Origin: a virus
Lineage: Duplodnaviria; Caudoviricetes
DNA: 64,000 nt
IMG/VR virus record: IMGVR_UViG_3300014205_000172
Location: 64,001 to 128,000 of that record
Direction: 5' to 3' (one strand)
Part shown: piece after piece, positions 38,497-47,608 of the stretch
Numbering within the stretch: position 1 is the first letter of the stretch
Layout of the letters: every line of letters starts with the position of its first letter
Notes under the pieces: model-generated
Databases searched by the model: none
What the model saw: only the letters and a program-made list of their open reading frames with translations
Told to the model about the DNA's origin: nothing
Made by a program: the position numbers and the translations under genes

Positions 38497-39357
38497 ATGT
38501 CAGCGGCACAAGACAAATCACGAGAAGTGATCTCCAATCGAGCAGTTGGACAATTCCCAATTTCCATTGCGACAAGTCTGGCATTTGAATCAGCCATCGG
38601 CATCCTTCCGGAAGCACCTGCTCCAGAACCCGAGATTAAAAAACGGGATCTGATCATGGTCAACGTCCGTACCTTGATCCGTAATCTGCTGGGGTCTTTC
38701 GAGAAGGAGGATAAAGTCCATCTGGAGAACTATACGCTCGCTGAAGCCTTGGTTGGCGAGATGCGTGTGATGGAGACCTTGGCCGTTGAACATTCCAATG
38801 GGCGCTGTCGTGTTGAGTTCTACACCTGCACCTACGATGACCTGCAGACCAAATTTACAAGGGCTCTGATTAAAGTCCCGACGACACCGCTTCAAGTTGC
38901 TTACATGGGGATTGAAAAGGATATTCTCAAATACATCAAGGATGATTTCAAGTCAGCACCACCAGTCGAAGAATATACCCGTAACTTTAAAGATCATTCG
39001 GGCGATGCATTGATTGTCACGCACTTCCCGATCGACCTGCTTCAACGCTACAGGTTTAATTCCCTGTCATTGCTCGAATCCTACACCGGCGCTATTAAAC
39101 CCCCGTTGCTGTGGAACACAAAGCTTAAAGATGGCAAGGAGTTTGAAAACATTCCGTTTGATCGGATGACGCTACAGATGTTCGGCGATGGTGTTTTGTT
39201 TGCACCTATGCCTATCAAGATTCGTCAACGTGTGTATTCGATCGCTATCAAGCAACAGTGGACTCCGGCTTCTACAAAGGACTGGATTATCCGTGGTATC
39301 GAAGCGCACCGAGATCCTGCACTTGAGGTACTTGTTAAAGACTTGTACCGTAAGTAG
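38497..39357 (+). CDS. Conserved protein (phiKZ gp66-like)
   Basis: 'R.VGQFPISIATSLAFE..VNVRTLIRN..LLESYTG..W.TK'; lies between SbcD and ChmC. Confidence 0.6.
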   Translation: MSAAQDKSREVISNRAVGQFPISIATSLAFESAIGILPEAPAPEPEIKKRDLIMVNVRTLIRNLLGSFEKEDKVHLENYTLAEALVGEMRVMETLAVEHSNGRCRVEFYTCTYDDLQTKFTRALIKVPTTPLQVAYMGIEKDILKYIKDDFKSAPPVEEYTRNFKDHSGDALIVTHFPIDLLQRYRFNSLSLLESYTGAIKPPLLWNTKLKDGKEFENIPFDRMTLQMFGDGVLFAPMPIKIRQRVYSIAIKQQWTPASTKDWIIRGIEAHRDPALEVLVKDLYRK

Positions 39358-39408
39358 TTACGCCATGTACAGATGCTTTGATTAAACCCACCTACAGGTA
39401 GAGAGAAC

Positions 39409-40185
39409 ATGTCCGACCAACGCCAAGCCTGGGTCCCGACCGTAATGGACGAGCGCACCCTGAAACTGTACGGCACCCACCCGCTGGCAGAAGGTGCTTT
39501 CAAACCCGAATTCGCTATCAAGTGGATTCAGAAGACCAACGCCTTCTCGATCAAGGTAAGCACCGGCACCAAGACTGAGAAAGGGTTCCCCATCTCGATC
39601 GAAACCGCCATCAATGCCCTGTCTGTAATGGAGTTGATGGAGCTGATCGATACCGTTTCCAAAGCGCCGGGCGCAGTGTCTTTCGAAATGGACAACTGGG
39701 GTCAGCCCTTTATCTGGGATAACACTCAGAAGAAATCCATCCGTAGCCCTGACATCATCAACGTATCGCGCTTCCAAGTGGCCAAGCGTGAAGATGGTTC
39801 GGTGGTATTGAGCGTCGCGGCAAAAGGTAAGAAAGAGCTGGAATTCGAATTCAACGGCTCTGACTTCCACCGCATCCTTAAAGCCGGTGACGCGCACAAG
39901 GCGATGGCCTCACGTATCGCTGCAGTAACCTGGGCTGGTTTCTGGAAGAAGTTTGCTTACGACAAGTACAAGACCGCTTGGCAAGAAACCGAATACGACA
40001 AAAGCAAGCGTCTCGAACGTGCCGCCAAGGCATTGGAAAAGAGCGGCGGTCGCAATAACTACGGTGGCGGTGGCGGTGGTAGTCGACCTCCTCAACCTCA
40101 GCAACAACAGCGTCCTCAAGCGCCGGCTCCGGCACCTGCTCCACAAGGTGACTTCGACAGCTTCGACGAAGACGTTCCGTTTTAG
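39409..40185 (+). CDS. chmC: ChmC-like nucleus-associated nucleic-acid-binding protein (phiKZ gp67-like)
   Basis: Beta-rich domain plus a G/Q/P-rich disordered tail ending DSFDEDVPF; immediately upstream of the gp68-like RNAP subunit. Confidence 0.65.
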   Translation: MSDQRQAWVPTVMDERTLKLYGTHPLAEGAFKPEFAIKWIQKTNAFSIKVSTGTKTEKGFPISIETAINALSVMELMELIDTVSKAPGAVSFEMDNWGQPFIWDNTQKKSIRSPDIINVSRFQVAKREDGSVVLSVAAKGKKELEFEFNGSDFHRILKAGDAHKAMASRIAAVTWAGFWKKFAYDKYKTAWQETEYDKSKRLERAAKALEKSGGRNNYGGGGGGSRPPQPQQQQRPQAPAPAPAPQGDFDSFDEDVPF

Positions 40186-40219
40186 ACACCAGACCCCTGG
40201 GACTTGATCTCAAAGTAGC

Positions 40220-40266
40220 CATAAAGAATGCCCTCAATCGTGCTTCCGCGATTGAGGGTGTTTATG
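40220..40266. terminator. Hairpin (CATA..TATG family)
   Basis: CATAAA..GCCCTCAATCG..CGATTGAGGGT..TTTATG. Confidence 0.6.
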
Positions 40267-40345
40267 CCGCTTGGTATGATTTCACTGAAGCACCATAGAC
40301 TATGGTAATGCCCCGAGTACCATCTTCCTTTACTTTTCTACAGCA

Positions 40346-40355
40346 ATACATTACT
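40346..40355 (+). promoter_or_regulatory. Candidate early promoter motif ATACATTACT
   Basis: Third identical copy, about 30 nt upstream of the gp68-like start. Confidence 0.55.
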
Positions 40356-40385
40356 TACCCGATGACCTACGCCTGGAGTTAATTG

Positions 40386-41966
40386 ATGGAGTTCAAAATT
40401 GCGACTTTTACGGTCAGGAGTTTCTCGATCGTACAAGCAAGCCACGGGGATGAAGTAGAGCTTGTCTTTAACACCGCCGGATACACCTCAACTAAACCTG
40501 GGGCAATCAAGCGCGATGATGGAAACGAGATGGGTACTAAGATTGAACTCTTTGAAGAGATCAATGCCCTGATTGCCACACTGCCACCCGCTTCTCAAGA
40601 TGCGCTGTACGGTGAGTATTCTCGCCTGGATAGCGTGCTGACTAGCTTCCACGTCATCGGCGCTTCTGGTCTGTCGGCCATGAAGCAATTACGAGAAGAT
40701 TTATCGGGGATCATTAAAAGCATTTACGAGCTTGTGTCATTTGCAGCTTTGCGTGAATACATCGTCAATAGTCCAAACATTCGACTGCCCATCGAACTGG
40801 CCGACGATTACATCACCACTGATAAAGTAACACCGCTGTATAAGGAACGAACGTATCTGCGTTCAGAGTACATCGACCTGGATGCGTTTGCGCTGGGCCT
40901 GCGGCTGATGATTCCTATCTGGGGCGGGTATTTGCCGATTGCTGAAACAGAGCACGGTAAGATGAAAGAGTACGATGCCTTCAAGTTGCTGTATGGTTCG
41001 GCAATGATGAAGACACCTGTGTTCGATCGACTTGAACGTTACCTGGCTGCCAACCTGGATGTCAGCAAATACGAACTGTCCGTGGTATCGAAGTTCCTTT
41101 CGGCCGATGGCGTTCCTGGGTTCTTGGCATCGTTTGCCTTGATCCGTAAAGTCAGTGTGGCACCTCTGTCGGCAGTGTCTGACAAAGACCACTTGATGAA
41201 GATCATTTACAACTACGTCATCGGTGATAAGAACCGAGTGCCGGCAGCGTTCGCCAGTAACATTCGCGATAAGAAACCAGAAGACTCATCGTCTGAAGGT
41301 AACGAAAGCGTTTGGGGTATCTTTAAGATGAAGACCAAAATCTCCACAGGGGATTTGGCAATCATCGAAGAGTACATGGAAAAGTATCAGCGCGCTGCGA
41401 AGAAGATTGCGCCAACACTCTCGGATGAGCGTATCGAGATGTGTGTACAAAATGCATTGACGCTCCATGACTTTGATCCGACCTATGGTCAGGAATGGTT
41501 AGTCATGCAAGTGTGTTCCACAGTTATTGTAGGTACTGCTATCGAGCTGATGGACCGGATACCTGGTCTGATTGCGGCCGGTGTTGTGCAAGCCGTACTG
41601 TGGGAGTGGAATCTGCCACAATTGGCAATTCTGACAACGGCTCGTATTGCTAAGCTTAAAGAAGGAGAAATGATTCAACCTATGCGGCGATTGCCCATCG
41701 CAGCAGATATCTTGGAACAATTTAATGTGATCTATCCGTACTTGGCTCCAGAGCCTCGCCGCGGTGATCCGATCCAGTCGACCAACGTCGGTGTCATCAA
41801 CGTTGAGAAGCATGTCCCACACTTCTATCGTCACGACTGGGTACCACAATGCCCTGTTGAACTTGCAAAGAGCTACTACCGGTCTGATAAGACCCGTCGT
41901 ATTGAAGTCACCGGCGACCTAAACAGTCAGCTGGGTGAAATGCTCATCAAGATCAATAACTTTTAA
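40386..41966 (+). CDS. Non-virion RNAP promoter-specificity subunit (phiKZ gp68-like)
   Basis: About 526 aa, helical; 'TYLRSEYIDL..LRLMIPIWG.Y' pattern; canonical position between gp67 and gp69. Confidence 0.72.
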   Translation: MEFKIATFTVRSFSIVQASHGDEVELVFNTAGYTSTKPGAIKRDDGNEMGTKIELFEEINALIATLPPASQDALYGEYSRLDSVLTSFHVIGASGLSAMKQLREDLSGIIKSIYELVSFAALREYIVNSPNIRLPIELADDYITTDKVTPLYKERTYLRSEYIDLDAFALGLRLMIPIWGGYLPIAETEHGKMKEYDAFKLLYGSAMMKTPVFDRLERYLAANLDVSKYELSVVSKFLSADGVPGFLASFALIRKVSVAPLSAVSDKDHLMKIIYNYVIGDKNRVPAAFASNIRDKKPEDSSSEGNESVWGIFKMKTKISTGDLAIIEEYMEKYQRAAKKIAPTLSDERIEMCVQNALTLHDFDPTYGQEWLVMQVCSTVIVGTAIELMDRIPGLIAAGVVQAVLWEWNLPQLAILTTARIAKLKEGEMIQPMRRLPIAADILEQFNVIYPYLAPEPRRGDPIQSTNVGVINVEKHVPHFYRHDWVPQCPVELAKSYYRSDKTRRIEVTGDLNSQLGEMLIKINNF

Positions 41967-41991
41967 ATCCGCTAAGCCCTGAGGGATAATC

Positions 41992-43647
41992 ATGCGCGTT
42001 CTTAAGCTAAACTTTGTGGAGGCTCCGCCGTCCTCTACCCAGTTCATCCGCACCTTCGACTTCGACAAGAAGAACAGTCGAATCGATGATCTTGCGCGGC
42101 TGACTGAAGATGGGACGAACATCATGCCAGAACGTTTGGCAAAGGTAGCATCGTCTCTGCTTTCGCCGAATACCACCAACCGCGCCAAGATCGTTTCCCA
42201 GATCGACGGCGGCTGGGATCAGAAGCGCATCATGTTCTCCATGGTGGTTGAGACATCCAGCCGTCCAAACCACCAAGAGTACGAATACATCGTGGGCCAC
42301 ACAGACTACGATGGATTCTCTCTGATCGGTATGAAAGAAGTCAAGCTCGATCTACGGATGAAACTGTACTTCGACCAGATCACGCACATCAACCTGTCTG
42401 GCGGCATTCGTCGTAGTTCCGAAGTCTGGACGCCATCCATTAAGTCAAGCGACCTGATCCTGAACCGCGATACGCTTCGCGGCTTCGGTCATGACGATCT
42501 GGCATCGCGCGGCACTGACCGTGCGCTGTCCAAGCGACCAACAGATCTGTTGCGTCGAGAAGGGGCATCCCTGAGTTACAATCAGGATAACTTCGCCTTC
42601 GATGATAACGATAAGCGCCGGCAGCCTCAGTCCAACACCAATAACACAGTGGGTACCTTTACTCAGCAGCTGAAGTTGTCCAGCCGGGATAATAACAGTG
42701 CGACATCCTTCCTGCACCGAACTCTCGATGGCTACGTCTCCGCATCGACCGGCGCTGGACTCGAGCCATCTTCATCGCCTTACGGCCTGGGTGATGAACG
42801 TTCGAGCAAGCTGGGTAACTTGAAACTGGCTTATGGCCGTGTTGACGAAAACGATCCGGCTGCTGACCGTTACCTGGAAGAGCTCAAGGAGTCTACGCGT
42901 ATCCTGAACTCTGGCTACATCACGTATGGCGAACTGATGGAGATGAATCCAGAGTTCGTTAAAAATGAGCAAGAAACTTTTGCTCGGGCAGATGTGCGTC
43001 GTAGCTACCGCCACAGCGACACCAAGCAATGGCAAGGCGATGATCACGAAACGATTGCAGCGCTCACGCTCGCCAACTCCCTGCCGGGATTGATGATCAA
43101 GAACATGTACTCGAAGCTGGATAAGCTGACGATTAACTCGTACGGTCACTCCAAACTGTCCCGTATCACCGGCTGCGTCCCATCACCGTACATCGATGGT
43201 CTGGATATCGAAGCTACATGGCCTAACTTTGAACACCAAGTGTCCGAAGTCTTGATTCATGAAGTGTCTCGCGGTATCTTCAACTTCGAGGCAAAAATTG
43301 ACGCAAACGTCGATGGTTATGTCGACATCTGGATTCGCATCGATGGCGGTCCTGAATCGTTCCACAGCTTCCCGGCGTATTGCGCTGCGTTGATGTCGCC
43401 AACTCTGGACACTAACGTTGGTTCGTTGAACTCGATGAGTACCAACCTCACCGATATCTCCAACGATCTCGCCACTCGGCGCATGGGTCACTCCCGCATC
43501 TCAATCGAAGATCCATTGCGTAACAGTAGCGGTGGGCTTCAATTGGGCATTGGTGGGATCGGTCGCCGCGATGCTCCAAGCTCCCGTACCCTTGACACCG
43601 CACTCAGTTCAAGTTCGCTGGATCTTCCGGCCAAAAAGAACTGGTAA
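41992..43647 (+). CDS. picA: PicA/Imp1 nuclear protein-import factor (phiKZ gp69-like)
   Basis: 551 aa; 'I.GGW...RIMFSMVV....YIVGHTD..G', 'RPTD'; follows the gp68-like gene. Confidence 0.7.
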   Translation: MRVLKLNFVEAPPSSTQFIRTFDFDKKNSRIDDLARLTEDGTNIMPERLAKVASSLLSPNTTNRAKIVSQIDGGWDQKRIMFSMVVETSSRPNHQEYEYIVGHTDYDGFSLIGMKEVKLDLRMKLYFDQITHINLSGGIRRSSEVWTPSIKSSDLILNRDTLRGFGHDDLASRGTDRALSKRPTDLLRREGASLSYNQDNFAFDDNDKRRQPQSNTNNTVGTFTQQLKLSSRDNNSATSFLHRTLDGYVSASTGAGLEPSSSPYGLGDERSSKLGNLKLAYGRVDENDPAADRYLEELKESTRILNSGYITYGELMEMNPEFVKNEQETFARADVRRSYRHSDTKQWQGDDHETIAALTLANSLPGLMIKNMYSKLDKLTINSYGHSKLSRITGCVPSPYIDGLDIEATWPNFEHQVSEVLIHEVSRGIFNFEAKIDANVDGYVDIWIRIDGGPESFHSFPAYCAALMSPTLDTNVGSLNSMSTNLTDISNDLATRRMGHSRISIEDPLRNSSGGLQLGIGGIGRRDAPSSRTLDTALSSSSLDLPAKKNW

Positions 43648-43674
43648 CACATTTCTTAAATGAGGTACCATTGA

Positions 43675-44961
43675 ATGTCAACGAAACTCGACAAGCTGAT
43701 TGATTTCTATTCGAAGCTTCTGCTTGATGTCGGGGTGTTTGACAAAGACGGTCAGGGTCTGCTGTTTTACAATCAGGGTGATACTGCTCACCCTGTTTCC
43801 CTGAGCGGCACTCGTCTTTGCCTCCCAACCCGCGAACTGGTCCGCGACGGCGATTGGACTGCCCGTACGGCATTCCACCCTCTGTCCGAACAGATCAACC
43901 AGGGTCCGTCCCCTGTGCTCAACGCGTTCAAAGCTTACATCATCGAACGCATCAAACCCCTGTACAAACTGATCGCCGTAGAGCTCGCTGAGCTAACTGC
44001 CGACAGTTCGCGCCACAAAGCGCTGACTACCAAAGCTTCGAAGTTCATGAAGAGCCTGGTAGGTTTCGACGATACCACTACCAAGACTCTGGAAAAGATC
44101 CTCAAGCGCACCAGTTCCGACATTCCGGAAAAGCGCCTGGTCAGTATTTTCCTCCAGGGTAGTCAGGGCGGCGGTATTTTACGCAGCTGTAAAGTATCAT
44201 TTCCAGTAATGGATGATGCTGAAAACGAAGACACTACCATGTTCTTCGAAGTGGCAATGCCGCGTAAAACAAAGGACAAGGCACTGATCGTATCTCTGCT
44301 GAACTACGTCCTCGGCGAATCTGGCATGTTCGATGGCGACGTAAAGAAAGGCGATGCGCCTTATTTCGAAAGCCTGCTGATCAGCTTCCACAAGATCGCC
44401 GAGCATCTGAACCGCTTGATCGATCTACATGGTGCCGCTTGTCCTGTACTCAAGGACTTCCGGTTCCATCTGGAATGGGCGGACGAACTCGCTACGTTTG
44501 GTGAGTTCTGTGAGAAATACGGCGTGGCTGTTCCAGCCCTGCCTGGTAACGTTGGTATCGATCCAGAGCCAGATGATGAAGAAGAAGAACCGTCCAGCAA
44601 GTCGGTATTTGAAGCAGGTGCCGATAAAGTTGGGGCAATTGACCTCCCGTTCAGCCGCAAAGGTGAAGACCGTAGCAGCCTGGGTAGTAGTGTTAATCGC
44701 AGTGGTGATGCCTTTACTCGCACTCGCGAGCAAGATGATCGTGATAACGATCGCGGCCGACCTGCTGCTACCACCATGAGTGTTGATGAAATCCTGCGTA
44801 GCGGTCGTGACCGTGGTCGCGGTGACTTCGATCGTCGTGATGATCGTGACCGTGGCCGTGATCCATTTCAACGTCAGTCTCATGAACGTAGCGGTATTCA
44901 GCTGGGTGGCGGTAACGGCGGTAGTGATCGTGGTGGTCGTGGCGGCGGCCGCGGCTGGTAA
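43675..44961 (+). CDS. Conserved protein (phiKZ gp70-like) with RD/RGG-rich disordered tail
   Basis: 'LPTRE..AFHPLSEQI..G.SPVL', 'PALPGN.G'; C-terminal DRGR/RGG repeats. Confidence 0.65.
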   Translation: MSTKLDKLIDFYSKLLLDVGVFDKDGQGLLFYNQGDTAHPVSLSGTRLCLPTRELVRDGDWTARTAFHPLSEQINQGPSPVLNAFKAYIIERIKPLYKLIAVELAELTADSSRHKALTTKASKFMKSLVGFDDTTTKTLEKILKRTSSDIPEKRLVSIFLQGSQGGGILRSCKVSFPVMDDAENEDTTMFFEVAMPRKTKDKALIVSLLNYVLGESGMFDGDVKKGDAPYFESLLISFHKIAEHLNRLIDLHGAACPVLKDFRFHLEWADELATFGEFCEKYGVAVPALPGNVGIDPEPDDEEEEPSSKSVFEAGADKVGAIDLPFSRKGEDRSSLGSSVNRSGDAFTRTREQDDRDNDRGRPAATTMSVDEILRSGRDRGRGDFDRRDDRDRGRDPFQRQSHERSGIQLGGGNGGSDRGGRGGGRGW

Positions 44962-44970
44962 ACGGCATAG

Positions 44971-44994
44971 AGAGGTGGGGGTAACCCCACCTCT
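44971..44994. terminator. Hairpin between convergent genes
   Basis: AGAGGTGGGG-GTAA-CCCCACCTCT preceded by GGCATA. Confidence 0.65.
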
Positions 44995-45007
44995 TCTACC
45001 CTGTTTT

Positions 45008-45349
45008 TTAATTTGCAGATAAGCGTGTTCGATACACCATTTTCATCCGCGCAACAAGATCTTTGTTTGGAATGAGTAAAGTGCCTAGATTTTCATCGAT
45101 CTGGGTATTAGAGGTCAGCCCATTGACACGCATGATTAGCTCGTGATCCTCAAGCTGTACGTTGTTATCCAGCAGGAACGCCGCCATGTCAAATTGGTAC
45201 AGGTACCCATCTTCCGGGGCTATGACTAATGACGTTGTGGTTGAGTGCGTTCTGTAAAAGGTGACGAGCGACTCGACGAAGGTTTTGTATTCCTCAGTAG
45301 TCGTGTACTCATCGGGAGAATCAATCCGTAGTTTTTCAAGCGCTGTCAT
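45008..45349 (-). CDS. Small conserved protein, possible LysM/T4 gp53-like baseplate wedge protein
   Basis: 113 aa, GAGGT SD; 'IMRVNGLTS..LLIP' resembles a LysM-like C-terminus. Confidence 0.45.
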   Translation of the reverse strand: MTALEKLRIDSPDEYTTTEEYKTFVESLVTFYRTHSTTTSLVIAPEDGYLYQFDMAAFLLDNNVQLEDHELIMRVNGLTSNTQIDENLGTLLIPNKDLVARMKMVYRTRLSAN

Positions 45350-45417
45350 TTCGACCTCGTAAAGTTCCAGTCACACATCATAGATGTGTAGTACCATACC
45401 GCCCAATGGAGTTGAAC

Positions 45418-47598
45418 ATGTCGGATATAATCTATCCAATTCACCCAGAATACGTTTCATTTAACGGTATGAATTCGCATTTCAAGAACGTATCGCCCGT
45501 ACGTCAGGTTATGCATACCGGCGCCATGTCACAGTCGTTGATTGTAGATGGCCGAACCCGTAAGCGTCAGCAAACGGGGCTCGAACGAGAAATTGCCCGA
45601 GGAACAATTCACAAAACCTTTACCGAAGACGTTATTATCCGCGCAGTGATTCCTCGTTTCACGGATGACATGTTTACGCATCTGAAAGATGGTCGCAATG
45701 CCAACCCGCTGGATCTGATAATCTTCGAAGACTACCGCACCGGGATGCTGGACGTAATGGAGCTGGCCAAGTTCCACGTCATGCACCAGCACTTTGGGTT
45801 TATCTTTGACATCGATGATGAGGTTTACAATAAACTTGTCAGCGTTAAGGATGCTCATATCCCAGCAGGGACCCAGGTAGCTCGCTCACCGGCTGTTACA
45901 GCCGATGGTGACTACATGCCAGGGCTTGAAGCCAACGTTGTCATGCTGTCCCACCCAGCGACCGATAACGACAGTATCATCTTCTCTGAATCGTATACCA
46001 AACGCATCCAGACCAACGCCTTTGAATCCCGTGGCGTGGAATGCGGCCGACATAAATACCTGGTCAATGCATATGGCAACGGCACTGTCTTCAAATGCAT
46101 TCCTGACATCGGCGAAACCATCCATACCAACGGGTTGTTGGTAGCCACCCGTCCGTATGACGAACGGCTGGATGCGGTCTACATGACCCGCAAGCAGTTG
46201 CTCAAGCCAGTCTATTGGTTGGATGATCGGGTCGTTGGCCATCCAGGCGCTGAGATCGTTGACATCCGTGTGATGCACAACAGTCAGTTGGCAAGTCAGC
46301 GTATGCCAGAAGAAATGTCTCATCAGATCCGCAAGTACTGGGAAGCTGACAGACTCTTCAATACCGAACTGATTCGCCACACGGTGTGTCGTACAGGTCG
46401 GTGGGATGACAGCACCAGTATGTCTGATCGCTTAGCCACTTTGGTTAACGCGGCTATTCCTCGTGCAGGTCACATGCTGATCGACGAAGGTCTCTGGCCG
46501 AAAAGCCAGGCCGAACAGCTCAATGTTCGGATGAACTACCGTGGCGAACTGCTCGATGAGTGGAAGATAGATATTACATACCGCTATAAGACAGAAGCTG
46601 GCGAAGGTCCAAAGAACACGGATGAGAACGGCGCTAAAGGTGTTGGTTCGTTTGTAATGCCTGATGCATCTATGCCGATCGATAAGTTCGGTAACCGTGC
46701 TGAGATCGCAGTACTCAGTAACCCAACGGTTAACCGGATGAACCCTGGGCGCCCTCACCAGCAAATGGTGGGCGCCGCCGGTCGAGATGTGATCAAGCGT
46801 ATTCGCCGTACCTATGGTTTCCCTGACATGGGCGTGGTGAGTCGTGCTGCTGTTGAAGCTGCCGTCTATGCAAAACCAAACGCAGAGCTGAACTTCCAGA
46901 ACTATGCCTACCTTCTTGGTTTCTACAAGATCGTGAGTAAAGATCGGATGTATGCGCGCGGTACGCGTGATGATGTCATGCCGACTGGCCGCTATCTGAC
47001 TCACTTGATTGAAGTGATTCTCGATGGCAACTGTGAGGAAGGGTTGGCTTACGGTCTGTATCTGCAGAAGGTACCAGAAAGCCAAGACAAGATGGACGAA
47101 GTCATCCGCGCTATTGCGGAAGGTCCATATCGTCCAGAAATGAGTCCGGTGACTTACGAAGATTACAACGGCAACATGGTCACCACCAAGGAAGATATCC
47201 TCATTGGCCCTATCTACCACCTCAACCTGGAAAAGACAGCGACTGACGGCTCAGGTGTAAGCTCCGCCAAGCTTAATCAGTTTGGCATCACCTCACGTCT
47301 GACCAATGCTGACAAGTACGCTACTGCCGGCCGGCAAACCGTAACGCGCTCTTTGGACGAAGCTTCTGTTCGAAGCATGAGTGCGGCATCTGGTGCTGAA
47401 ATCATGGCGCACATAATGGACTTGCACAACAACCCAGTGGTGCATAAGGCGGCTTGCCGAACCATTATCACCGCAGAGTATCCGACCAACATCGACTCTC
47501 TGGTTGATCGAGATGTGTTCAAGATGGGTGGTCACAGACCGTTGGCGTTTGCCATCCACCACTTCATTTGCTCCGGCAAGTACATCACTCGCGACTGA
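45418..47598 (+). CDS. Non-virion RNAP beta-like subunit (phiKZ gp71-73-like), intron-free
   Basis: SPVRQVM, DSII, GPK..ENGAKGV, MPID..G..AE, NRMNPG, IGPIYHLNLEK, RSLDE beta-subunit motifs. Confidence 0.9.
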   Translation: MSDIIYPIHPEYVSFNGMNSHFKNVSPVRQVMHTGAMSQSLIVDGRTRKRQQTGLEREIARGTIHKTFTEDVIIRAVIPRFTDDMFTHLKDGRNANPLDLIIFEDYRTGMLDVMELAKFHVMHQHFGFIFDIDDEVYNKLVSVKDAHIPAGTQVARSPAVTADGDYMPGLEANVVMLSHPATDNDSIIFSESYTKRIQTNAFESRGVECGRHKYLVNAYGNGTVFKCIPDIGETIHTNGLLVATRPYDERLDAVYMTRKQLLKPVYWLDDRVVGHPGAEIVDIRVMHNSQLASQRMPEEMSHQIRKYWEADRLFNTELIRHTVCRTGRWDDSTSMSDRLATLVNAAIPRAGHMLIDEGLWPKSQAEQLNVRMNYRGELLDEWKIDITYRYKTEAGEGPKNTDENGAKGVGSFVMPDASMPIDKFGNRAEIAVLSNPTVNRMNPGRPHQQMVGAAGRDVIKRIRRTYGFPDMGVVSRAAVEAAVYAKPNAELNFQNYAYLLGFYKIVSKDRMYARGTRDDVMPTGRYLTHLIEVILDGNCEEGLAYGLYLQKVPESQDKMDEVIRAIAEGPYRPEMSPVTYEDYNGNMVTTKEDILIGPIYHLNLEKTATDGSGVSSAKLNQFGITSRLTNADKYATAGRQTVTRSLDEASVRSMSAASGAEIMAHIMDLHNNPVVHKAACRTIITAEYPTNIDSLVDRDVFKMGGHRPLAFAIHHFICSGKYITRD

Positions 47599-47608
47599 GG
47601 TATAAACG

